From: an uncultured Bacilli bacterium
GTDB taxonomy: Bacteria > Bacillota_I > Bacilli_A > RF39 > UBA660
Direction: 5' to 3'
Assembly (NCBI GenBank): GCA_947631655.1
Contig: CANRME010000001.1
Coordinates: 1 to 58,253 of the forward strand
Length of the DNA: 58,253 nt
Both the position numbers and the translations under genes were made by a program. The notes below the pieces were generated by a model that saw nothing but the letters and a program-made list of their open reading frames with translations, had not been told where the DNA came from and searched no databases. Shown here in pieces: positions 35,318 through 43,753 of the stretch (position 1 is its first letter; every line of letters begins with the position of its first letter).

Positions 35318-37480
35318 TTAAACTTCTTCAGCATCTTTATTATCAAGATGAACTACTCTTTCCTTTATCTCTTGAGTTCTTCCTCTATTCCAGAAGTTAG
35401 ATCCAATATATCCACAAGTACGTCTTGCGACATTCATTTTATCGTGGTCTCTATTACCGCAGTTAGGGCAATACCATTCCATATTATCATCGATTAAGAT
35501 TTCACCAGTATAACCACATTCATGGCAGTAATCTAGTTTCGTATTTAATTCTGCATACATAATGTTATCATAAATAAATTTAATTACTTCCATAACAGAA
35601 TCTAAGTTATTAGATAGGTTTGGAGTTTCAATATAAGAAATTGCTCCTCCAGGACTTAGAGCTTGGAATTCACTTTCAAGTTTTAATTTTTCAAAGGCAT
35701 CGATTTCTTCAAATACAGGTACATGATATGAGTTGGTAATATAATCTCTATCAGTTATACCTTTTACGACTCCGAAACGGTCTCTTAAGCATTTAGCGAA
35801 TTTATAAGTAGTGGATTCAATTGGTGTACCATAAACACTGTAATCAATGTTTTCAGCTTCTTTCCATTTTTTACAAGCTTCATTAAGTTTTCTCATTACA
35901 TTAAGACCAAATTCTTTACCTTCACCATTATCAGTATGAGAATGTCCTGTCATAAATTTAACACATTCATATAAACCAGCATATCCTAATGAGATTGTTG
36001 AGTATCCACCATGTAATAAGTCATGGATTGATTCACCTTTTTTAAGTCTTGCTAGAGCACCATGTTGCCATAGTATTGGAGCAACATCACTAGTAGCTTT
36101 AGATAATCTTTTATGTCTAATTTGTAAGGCTCTATGACAAAGTTCTAATCTGTCATCTAATATTTGCCAGAAATTATCCATATCTTTATCACTAGATAGA
36201 GCCACATCTACTAAGTTAATAGTAACAACACCTTGATTAAATCTACCATAGTATTTAGGTTTACCGTTTTCATCAACGTATGGAGTTAAGAAAGAACGAC
36301 ATCCCATACATGGATAACATTGACCATTACCATTTTTATCAATTTTTAATTGTTTCATGATTTTTTCAGAAATATAATCTGGAACCATTCTCTTAGCAGT
36401 ACATTCAGCTGCTAATTTAGTTAAATAATAGTACTTACTATTTTCGTGAATGTTATCTTCTTCTAGAACGTATAGAAGTTTAGGGAAAGCAGGAGTAATA
36501 TATACACCTTTTTCATTCTTCATACCTTCAATTCTTTGTTTTAAGACTTCTTCAATAATCATCGCAAGCTCTTCTTTGTATTCATCGGTTTCACCTAAGT
36601 ACATACAAACACTTAAGAATGGTGCTTGACCATTAGTTGTGGTCATAGAATTTATTTGATATTGGAAAGTTTGAACGCCATCCGTTACTTCTTTAGCTAA
36701 ATCTTCTTTAGCATATTTTTCGCATTCTTCTTTACTTAATTTTCTCTTTTTATATTTGTCTAAATATTTTTCATAACTTGCTCTTACAAATGGAGCTAGA
36801 TGAGTTAGGGTAATAGTACATCCACCATATTGACTTGAGTTAACAGCAGTAATTAATTGCGTAGCAATTGTCATAGCAGTTAAGAATCTATGAGGTTTTT
36901 CAATCATTACCCCATTGATATTAGTACCATTTTGTAACATATCTTCTAGATTAATTAAATCACAGTTATGTAAGGCATTTTGAGCAAAATAGTCAGCATC
37001 ATGGAAATGAATAATACCTTCATCATGAGCTTTAACAATATCTTCTGGTAATAAGAATCTTCTAGTTATATCGGTACTAGTAATACCAGCTAAATAATCC
37101 CTTTGGGTAGTAACAACTTTAGCATTCTTATTAGAGTTTTCAGTATTCCAGTAATCACTTTCACCTTCAATTAATTCTTTAATTGATACATCGGTAGTAT
37201 TACTCTTTCTTACTAATTCTCTTGTATAACGATAGGTAATATATTTTTTAGCTAAAGCATATTTACCAATTGACATTAATTTCATTTCAATAATATCTTG
37301 AATATCTTCAACTAAAATTCTTTTTTTACCTAATTTTTCAATATATTTAATAATATTTCTAATTTGGGTAGAGGATGCTTGATCTTCTTCTTCTACTTCC
37401 GCATTAGCTTTCATGATAGCAGCTTCGATTTTATCTGGGCTGTAATCGACCATATGGCCATCTCTTTTAATAACTTTCAT
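35318..37480 (-). CDS. nrdD: Anaerobic (class III) ribonucleoside-triphosphate reductase
   Basis: ATP-cone N-terminus (MKVIKRDGHMVDY), C-terminal Zn site CHECG...CPNCG, and glycyl-radical motif RRTCGYIG. AAGGAG precedes the ATG at 37480. Confidence 0.95.
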   Translation of the reverse strand: MKVIKRDGHMVDYSPDKIEAAIMKANAEVEEEDQASSTQIRNIIKYIEKLGKKRILVEDIQDIIEMKLMSIGKYALAKKYITYRYTRELVRKSNTTDVSIKELIEGESDYWNTENSNKNAKVVTTQRDYLAGITSTDITRRFLLPEDIVKAHDEGIIHFHDADYFAQNALHNCDLINLEDMLQNGTNINGVMIEKPHRFLTAMTIATQLITAVNSSQYGGCTITLTHLAPFVRASYEKYLDKYKKRKLSKEECEKYAKEDLAKEVTDGVQTFQYQINSMTTTNGQAPFLSVCMYLGETDEYKEELAMIIEEVLKQRIEGMKNEKGVYITPAFPKLLYVLEEDNIHENSKYYYLTKLAAECTAKRMVPDYISEKIMKQLKIDKNGNGQCYPCMGCRSFLTPYVDENGKPKYYGRFNQGVVTINLVDVALSSDKDMDNFWQILDDRLELCHRALQIRHKRLSKATSDVAPILWQHGALARLKKGESIHDLLHGGYSTISLGYAGLYECVKFMTGHSHTDNGEGKEFGLNVMRKLNEACKKWKEAENIDYSVYGTPIESTTYKFAKCLRDRFGVVKGITDRDYITNSYHVPVFEEIDAFEKLKLESEFQALSPGGAISYIETPNLSNNLDSVMEVIKFIYDNIMYAELNTKLDYCHECGYTGEILIDDNMEWYCPNCGNRDHDKMNVARRTCGYIGSNFWNRGRTQEIKERVVHLDNKDAEEV

Positions 37481-37539
37481 AACATATACTCCTTTTCTAT
37501 AATACAAACAAAGTATAGCACAATTTAAAAAAACATATT

Positions 37540-37555
37540 TGTTGCAATTGCAACA
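37540..37555. promoter_or_regulatory. Perfect 16 bp palindrome TGTTGCAATTGCAACA in the nrdD/crp divergent region
   Basis: The sequence is its own reverse complement. It lies about 60 nt from each flanking start codon. Confidence 0.4.
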
Positions 37556-37598
37556 TTTTACAATTTATGTTAAAATTTTATTAAAGAGGTGTAAAATA

Positions 37599-38231
37599 AT
37601 GCAAGTATTCGAAAATATTAGTGAACGTAATAAAAAAATTTTACTCCGAAATTTCGAGGCAACACGCTTATTTTATCGAAAAAATTCGAATATTTTGCAA
37701 AATATTAAGAGCGACAGTTTAGTTGGCATTATCGTTTACGGTTCTTTACAAATTATTAAAACTGACTATAACGGAGATAGAAGTTTAATTGAAGAATTAG
37801 AAGAAAATGATATTTTTGGAACAATTATTTCGCATATTAGAGGGAATGAATACGAAGTAATTACGAAAGAAGATACAATGCTTTATATCTTAGATTATAA
37901 TCAAATTATGAATTTAAACCTCAATACCGATAGTTATAATCAATTTATAAAAAACTTATTACAAATTACTTCTTCAAAAATGCAGGAGAAGAATGAAAGA
38001 ATAGAGATACTTACGAAAAAAACAATTAGAAATAGATTACTAGAATACTTTAATATAGCAAGAAGTAACCACGGGTCTAGAGTAATTTATTTACCATCCA
38101 CTTTTACAGACTTAGCGGATTACTTAGCCATAGATAGGTGTGCGATGACAAGAGAGTTAAAGTATTTAAAAGAAGAAGGTTTAATTGAAATTAAGGGAAG
38201 AAGAATTACTCTATTATACGATAAAGTATGA
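37599..38231 (+). CDS. Crp/Fnr-family transcriptional regulator
   Basis: cNMP-binding-like beta-roll followed by a C-terminal HTH (FTDLADYLAIDRCAMTRELKYLKEEGLI). AAGAGG precedes the ATG at 37599. Confidence 0.8.
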   Translation: MQVFENISERNKKILLRNFEATRLFYRKNSNILQNIKSDSLVGIIVYGSLQIIKTDYNGDRSLIEELEENDIFGTIISHIRGNEYEVITKEDTMLYILDYNQIMNLNLNTDSYNQFIKNLLQITSSKMQEKNERIEILTKKTIRNRLLEYFNIARSNHGSRVIYLPSTFTDLADYLAIDRCAMTRELKYLKEEGLIEIKGRRITLLYDKV

Positions 38232-38258
38232 TATACTAGTTATGGAGGATTATGATAT

Positions 38259-38717
38259 ATGGAAAAAATAAGAGGATTTGAAATAGCTAAAGGTTGGGAA
38301 GACAAAGGTATTAACTTACCCGAAAGAAAAACAGCCCATTCAGCAGCTTATGATATTGAAGCGGCGGAAGACACTATTTTACCACCATTTAAATTAGGAG
38401 GAAAACCTACACTTATTCCAACTGGTCTTAAAGCTTATTGTCAAGATGATGAATATTACATTTTAGTAAATAGAAGTTCCGGACCTAAAAAGGGATTAGT
38501 GATGGCAAATAGTATTGGAATTATTGATGCGGATTACTATGGGAATGAAAGTAATGATGGTCATTTTTATTTTCAATATTACAATGTTTTAGACCATGAA
38601 CTAGAAATTAAAAAAGGCGACGTTATTGGTCAAGTAATATTTATGAAATTCTTAGCAGTTGATAATGATAATGCTACTGGAGTACGGACTGGTGGATTTG
38701 GGTCGACGGATAAATAG
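38259..38717 (+). CDS. dut: dUTP diphosphatase
   Basis: AAYDIEA, GIIDADYYG, and RTGGFGSTDK at the C-terminus. Confidence 0.85.
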   Translation: MEKIRGFEIAKGWEDKGINLPERKTAHSAAYDIEAAEDTILPPFKLGGKPTLIPTGLKAYCQDDEYYILVNRSSGPKKGLVMANSIGIIDADYYGNESNDGHFYFQYYNVLDHELEIKKGDVIGQVIFMKFLAVDNDNATGVRTGGFGSTDK

Positions 38718-38725
38718 GAGAAAAC

Positions 38726-39370
38726 ATGAAAAAAATAATTATCTTGTGTATAACTTTAATTTTATTAACAGGTTGTGGTAGTAAAAACTTAGATATTGAT
38801 TTTGATATAGAAGGAAATGAAAGTGCTATAAATTATGGCGATAAGTTACCAGTAGTAGCAATGGAAATAGAGGGTTATGGCGCAATTGTGATGGAATTAT
38901 ATCCGGAATATGCACCGAATACCGTAAATAACTTTATTTCTTTAGTAAAAAGTGGGTTTTATGATAATAATACCTTCCACCGTTTAGTACCGGGTTTTGT
39001 TTTACAAGGTGGTGACCCAGAAGGAACTGGTAGTGGGGGACCTGGATACTCTATTTACGGGGAATTTTTAAATAATAAATACTATAAAAATACTTTAAAA
39101 CACGAAAAAGGTGTTGTTTCAATGGCCAGAAGTAGTTCCCCTAATAGTGCCGGAAGCCAGTTCTTTATCTGCTTAGATAGAGCCTCAAATTTAGATGATG
39201 CTTATGCGGCTTTTGGAAAAGTTATTGAAGGCTTCGATATTATTGAAAAAATTGAGAAAACGGAAAAAGTCGCTGATAGCGAATCTGGAAAACTTGAAAA
39301 AAATTTAACCATTAAAAAAGCTTTAGTGGATACTAAAGGTGTCGATTACCCAGAACCAGAAAAAAATTAA
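38726..39370 (+). CDS. Lipoprotein peptidyl-prolyl cis-trans isomerase (cyclophilin type)
   Basis: Lipobox LLTGC, plus FHRLVPGFVLQGGDPEGTGSGGPGYSI and SQFFI. Confidence 0.9.
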   Translation: MKKIIILCITLILLTGCGSKNLDIDFDIEGNESAINYGDKLPVVAMEIEGYGAIVMELYPEYAPNTVNNFISLVKSGFYDNNTFHRLVPGFVLQGGDPEGTGSGGPGYSIYGEFLNNKYYKNTLKHEKGVVSMARSSSPNSAGSQFFICLDRASNLDDAYAAFGKVIEGFDIIEKIEKTEKVADSESGKLEKNLTIKKALVDTKGVDYPEPEKN

Positions 39371-39395
39371 AATACTCGTTAAAGAGTATTTTTTG
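39369..39395. terminator. Bidirectional hairpin terminator
   Basis: Stem aaaatactc/gagtatttt, followed by a T-run. Confidence 0.5.
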
Positions 39396-39840
39396 GTTGT
39401 AATTTTTGGGCGATTATTTTACCTAAAGCTTCCTTTCCTATATTTACAAATTCATTTTCTAAAAGTTGGTCATATTGTTTATCCCATCTACCAAAAGGCA
39501 AAGTTGACATATAAAAGTAAGGTTCATCTTCAAATGAGAATTCTTCAAATTGTTCTTCTTTATTTTCAGCAGTAAAACAAATACCAGAAGCATCATAATA
39601 ATGTTTTCCAATATGGACAAAAGCATGTCCCTTAGTACAACAAAGTTTAGCATATCCTTTAAATACTTCATGTAAAATCTCAGCATACTGAACACAACTA
39701 CCAGTTAAATAATAATTAACAGGGTCACGATGCGGATTATGAGGATTTACTTTTTCCATCGTTTCAGGAAATTTAGCATTAATAGCCTTTATAACTTTTA
39801 AAACAGTATCAACATCAGTTATAATTTCTTCTTCGGTCAT
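39379..39840 (-). CDS. Hypothetical protein
   Basis: AGGAGA precedes the ATG at 39840 (MTEEEII). No family recognised. Confidence 0.5.
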   Translation of the reverse strand: MTEEEIITDVDTVLKVIKAINAKFPETMEKVNPHNPHRDPVNYYLTGSCVQYAEILHEVFKGYAKLCCTKGHAFVHIGKHYYDASGICFTAENKEEQFEEFSFEDEPYFYMSTLPFGRWDKQYDQLLENEFVNIGKEALGKIIAQKLQPKNTL

Positions 39841-39952
39841 ATTATCTCCTATCTTAACTACATTGTACTTATAAATAAGTGAAAAGACAAACATAATCTT
39901 AATTTACTTTACATATAGTTTTATGTTAAGATAATTATATAAGGAGATTTCT

Positions 39953-41338
39953 ATGAACTATTTTACAATTAAAGATATTATAAGTATTTGTAAGGCTTTT
40001 CTTTTATGTGGAGACGCTAATGTCGTATGTAAAAATTTTACCAAAGATACGAGAACAATAAATGAAGGAGATACTTATATTGGCATAAAGGGTGAAAACT
40101 TTGATGGTAGTGCTTTTTATAAGGAAGCTTTTCTAAAGGGCGCTAATGCAGTAATTATAGAAGAAGATTATGCTAAAAATAATAAGATAGAAAAACAAGA
40201 TAAGCCCATTGTAGTAGTAGATAATGCAATTAAAGCTTTAAAAGAATTAGCAGAAGTAAAGAGAAATAATTCTAAAGCGAAATTCATCGGCGTTACTGGT
40301 AGTGTTGGGAAAACTTCAACAAGAGATATGATATATAGTGTATTAAATACCCATTACAAAACTTTAAAAACAGAAGGAAACTTTAATAACAATATAGGTC
40401 TTCCTTTAACTATCCTTCGTTTAACCGATGAAGAAGCCGCTGTAATCGAAATGGGAATGAATCATTTAGGAGAAATTGATTATTTAACGAGAATTACCCG
40501 TCCCCATATAAGTGTTATTACCAATGTCGGTACGGCACATATCGGTGAACTTGGTTCTCGGGAAAATATTTTAAAAGCCAAGTTAGAAATTATTAATGGA
40601 ATGGATAAAGATGGCTTATTAGTTATTAACAATGATAATTATATGTTGCATAGCTATTATGAAACTCATAAAGATAATGTGATAACGATTGGTATCGATA
40701 ATAAAAGTGATTTTACTGCTACGGATATTGTTTTAGAAGAAAGTTATTCTACTTTTACCATAAAGTATCATAATAAAAGCTCTCTAGTTAAATGTCCTAT
40801 TCCTGGGAAAGTATTTATCTATAATAGTTTAATGGCTTTTGCGGTAGGAACGCTTTTAAATATTCCCGAAGAAGAAATTATTAAAGGAATAAGTAATATA
40901 ACGCTCACAAAAAATAGAATGGAATTTAAAACTCTTAAAAACTTTACAATAATAAATGATGCTTATAACGCTAGTGTAGATTCGATGAAATCATCTTTAG
41001 AGATACTTGGTAAATATAAACAAAGAAAAATTGCAGTTTTAGGAGATATGTTAGAATTAGGTAAATTTAGTAAAGATTTACATGAAGAAGTTGGTTCTTT
41101 CGTTTATAATAATAAAATCGATATATTAGTAACAGTAGGAAAAGAAGCTTTAAATATTGCTAATAAATGTTTAGACTTAGGAATGAAAAAAGAACAAATA
41201 ATAACTTGTCCAGATAATGAAGAAGCTACTAAAGAATTAATTAAACTTGTAAAAGAAAATGATATTATATTATTTAAAGCATCTAATGGAATGAAATTTA
41301 AAGAAATAGTAAATAATTTAGAAGAATATTACAAATAA
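39953..41338 (+). CDS. murF: UDP-N-acetylmuramoyl-tripeptide--D-alanyl-D-alanine ligase
   Basis: DTRTINEGDTYIGIKGENFDGSAF, GVTGSVGKTSTRDM, and NDAYNAS. Confidence 0.9.
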   Translation: MNYFTIKDIISICKAFLLCGDANVVCKNFTKDTRTINEGDTYIGIKGENFDGSAFYKEAFLKGANAVIIEEDYAKNNKIEKQDKPIVVVDNAIKALKELAEVKRNNSKAKFIGVTGSVGKTSTRDMIYSVLNTHYKTLKTEGNFNNNIGLPLTILRLTDEEAAVIEMGMNHLGEIDYLTRITRPHISVITNVGTAHIGELGSRENILKAKLEIINGMDKDGLLVINNDNYMLHSYYETHKDNVITIGIDNKSDFTATDIVLEESYSTFTIKYHNKSSLVKCPIPGKVFIYNSLMAFAVGTLLNIPEEEIIKGISNITLTKNRMEFKTLKNFTIINDAYNASVDSMKSSLEILGKYKQRKIAVLGDMLELGKFSKDLHEEVGSFVYNNKIDILVTVGKEALNIANKCLDLGMKKEQIITCPDNEEATKELIKLVKENDIILFKASNGMKFKEIVNNLEEYYK

Positions 41339-41358
41339 ATAAAGTAAAGGTGAAAAAG

Positions 41359-42552
41359 ATGAAATTTGTTACAGATTTAAAGAGAGATGAATATACAAAA
41401 TTTTGGAAAAAACATAAAATGGCGCATTTTATGAACTCTTATGAATGGGGAATTGTTAATAAATTAAATAGAAATCAAATTCCTTGGTATGTTGGTTTAA
41501 AAGATGATAAGGGAAATATTATGGCTGAAGCTGTTTTAATGCAAAAGAAAACACCACTTAATATGTGTTACTTTTATGCCCCTAGAGGATTTGTAATCGA
41601 TTATGATGATAGAAAATTATTAAAGGAATTTACTAGTAAATTAAAGGATTTTTTAAAAAAGGAAAATGCAATTTATTTGAAAATCGATCCTCCAATTAGT
41701 TATCAAGATATTGATGAAGAAGCAAATCCAATACCTAATGGTAATAATAATTATGAACTGGTTAATTATTTAAAGGAACTAGGTTACGTTCATCAAGGAT
41801 TTAATAAATTATATGAACATAATCAACCAAGATATACGTTTAGAACTTATTTTAAAGATTATAAAGATTTTAGTGAAGTAGAACAAACTATTTCAAAAAC
41901 TTTTATGCGTTCTATAAAAAGAAGTTATAATTATGATTTAGTTATTGAAAGTGCACCAAATGTCGATAATTTCTATGACTTAATTAAAAGAATATCTAAT
42001 AAAGATGGATTTAAAAGTTATGCTAAGAGCTATTATGAAAATGTTTTTAATGTTTTAAAAGAAAATAATTATATTAAAAACTTTATTGCTAAGATTAATC
42101 CTGCGGAAGTTATTAAGAAATATGAAGAATTAATTAAGAATGAAAAGAATCAAGATAAAATAACAAAAATGCAAAAAGATATAAACTTTTTAAAAGATAA
42201 GGGAGATAAAGAAATTGTAATTGCTTCTTTAATTTGTACTTATTCGGAAAAAGGAGCATGGTCTATGTATATCGGGAATGATGAGATAGCAGAATATACA
42301 GGGACAGTAAATAGATTATATTACGAATATATAAAAGATGCATATGAACAAAAAAAGGACTTTGCCGATCTTTTTGGAACTGTCGGTGACCCGCATACTA
42401 AATTTAAGAATTTAGCAGGAGTTCATGAATATAAAAGAAAACTGGGTGGTACTTATATTGAATTTATTGGAGAGTTTGATTTAGTAAATAAACCTTTCTG
42501 GTATAAAGTCTTACCAATTTTATTAAAAATATATCGTAAATTTAAAAAGTAG
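41359..42552 (+). CDS. FemAB/MurM-family peptidoglycan interpeptide-bridge aminoacyltransferase
   Basis: FMNSYEWG, a central coiled-coil insert, and a C-terminal HEYKRKLGG. Lies next to murF. Confidence 0.8.
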   Translation: MKFVTDLKRDEYTKFWKKHKMAHFMNSYEWGIVNKLNRNQIPWYVGLKDDKGNIMAEAVLMQKKTPLNMCYFYAPRGFVIDYDDRKLLKEFTSKLKDFLKKENAIYLKIDPPISYQDIDEEANPIPNGNNNYELVNYLKELGYVHQGFNKLYEHNQPRYTFRTYFKDYKDFSEVEQTISKTFMRSIKRSYNYDLVIESAPNVDNFYDLIKRISNKDGFKSYAKSYYENVFNVLKENNYIKNFIAKINPAEVIKKYEELIKNEKNQDKITKMQKDINFLKDKGDKEIVIASLICTYSEKGAWSMYIGNDEIAEYTGTVNRLYYEYIKDAYEQKKDFADLFGTVGDPHTKFKNLAGVHEYKRKLGGTYIEFIGEFDLVNKPFWYKVLPILLKIYRKFKK

Positions 42553-42577
42553 ATTATTTCTTAGTAATCTACTTTTT
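42544..42577. terminator. Bidirectional hairpin terminator
   Basis: Perfect 13 nt arms aaaaagtagatta/taatctacttttt. Confidence 0.65.
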
Positions 42578-43157
42578 CTAATGATAATAAGTCTTTACCT
42601 TCAAAACATAGTTTAAAGATTAAAGGTTTATTCCAAATACCATCTATTATGGTATTATCTTTGTAATTCATAATAATGTTGTTATCATAATTAAGGCCCA
42701 CTTCACACCAAATAGAAAGTAATGCAATAATGACACTTTTAGAGGTTATGACAACAGAAGTAGTATCTGGTTTATGAAATAAGATTAATTTTAAAGCAGA
42801 ACTAGCACGTTTCTTAACATCATTTATACTTTCCGAATTTAATTTATAATCAAAGTCTTTTACTTGTTTTCTTTCTAGTTCTTCAATTTCCTCTTCAGTC
42901 TTATTATTATATTTTAAACAATTAAAATTATTATCTACTTTAACATTTATTTTGTTTTTGGTCCCAAAGTAAATACCAGCTTCAATATTTTTTATTTCTT
43001 CTGATGTATAAATATTATCTATATCTTTTAACATATCACTTATGTTATCAAATACTTTATGATTAGTTAATGATAAAAATTTATAATCTAAATTTATATG
43101 TAAATATTCAATATTATTTTTATTATTACCTGTACTAATTAAATAAACTACATTCAT
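42561..43157 (-). CDS. Hypothetical protein; possibly a degenerate histidine-phosphatase-fold protein
   Basis: VYLISTGNN sits where phosphatases have LxRHGxT, and VVITSKSVIIALL where they have VSHGGxI. Weak assignment. Confidence 0.45.
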   Translation of the reverse strand: MNVVYLISTGNNKNNIEYLHINLDYKFLSLTNHKVFDNISDMLKDIDNIYTSEEIKNIEAGIYFGTKNKINVKVDNNFNCLKYNNKTEEEIEELERKQVKDFDYKLNSESINDVKKRASSALKLILFHKPDTTSVVITSKSVIIALLSIWCEVGLNYDNNIIMNYKDNTIIDGIWNKPLIFKLCFEGKDLLSLEKVDY

Positions 43158-43682
43158 TTAAAATACTCCTTTAAATATTAAGAATGATGCTACACCCATA
43201 ATTACACCAGCAAGTAAAACACCTAACATTACAGCGATAACACTTTTTTTAAAATCCATATCTAAGATACTAGCAGCAAGCGTTCCCGTCCAAGCGCCGG
43301 TTCCAGGTAGAGGTATTCCCACAAAGATTAGTAAGGCCCAAAACAGTCCTTTACCGGCTTTGGCTTCTAGAGTATCTCCGCCTTTACGGCCTTTTTCTAA
43401 ACACCAAGTAAAGAATTTTTTGGTATATTTTTTAGTACTACCCCATTCTAGAACTCGTCTTGCAAACAAGAAAATTATGGGAACTGGTAGCATATTACCA
43501 ATTATAGATATAATATATGATGGTATAATTGGTAACCCTACTAGTTGAGAATAAGGTATAGCTCCCCTTAACTCTACTAATGGTATCATAGATATTAAAA
43601 ATACGACTAAATATTTACTTAATAAACTAGTACCTAAAATACTCCCAAATATCTCACCTATTTTTTTACCCATAAGTATCAC
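43158..43682 (-). CDS. Small multidrug-export-like membrane protein (COG2426 type)
   Basis: LVELRGAIPY motif and four or five TM helices. Confidence 0.65.
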   Translation of the reverse strand: MILMGKKIGEIFGSILGTSLLSKYLVVFLISMIPLVELRGAIPYSQLVGLPIIPSYIISIIGNMLPVPIIFLFARRVLEWGSTKKYTKKFFTWCLEKGRKGGDTLEAKAGKGLFWALLIFVGIPLPGTGAWTGTLAASILDMDFKKSVIAVMLGVLLAGVIMGVASFLIFKGVF

Positions 43683-43753
43683 TCTTTCTATTTAAGTATA
43701 TCAAAGATAGAAAAAAAATACCACTTATAAGTGATATTAATTTATACTAAATA

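Noticed and set aside
37481-37598. NrdR box upstream of nrdD
   Set aside because: I compared the region (for example acaaagtatagcacaa) to the remembered NrdR consensus acaCwAnATnTwGtgt and found too many mismatches. Only the unrelated 16 bp palindrome is convincing.
43683-43753. Palindrome CACTTATAAGTG followed on the minus strand by a T8 run, as a terminator for paralogue 2
   Set aside because: The palindrome leaves essentially no loop and only a 4-5 bp usable stem. That is too weak to call as a terminator, and it could equally be a protein-binding site.
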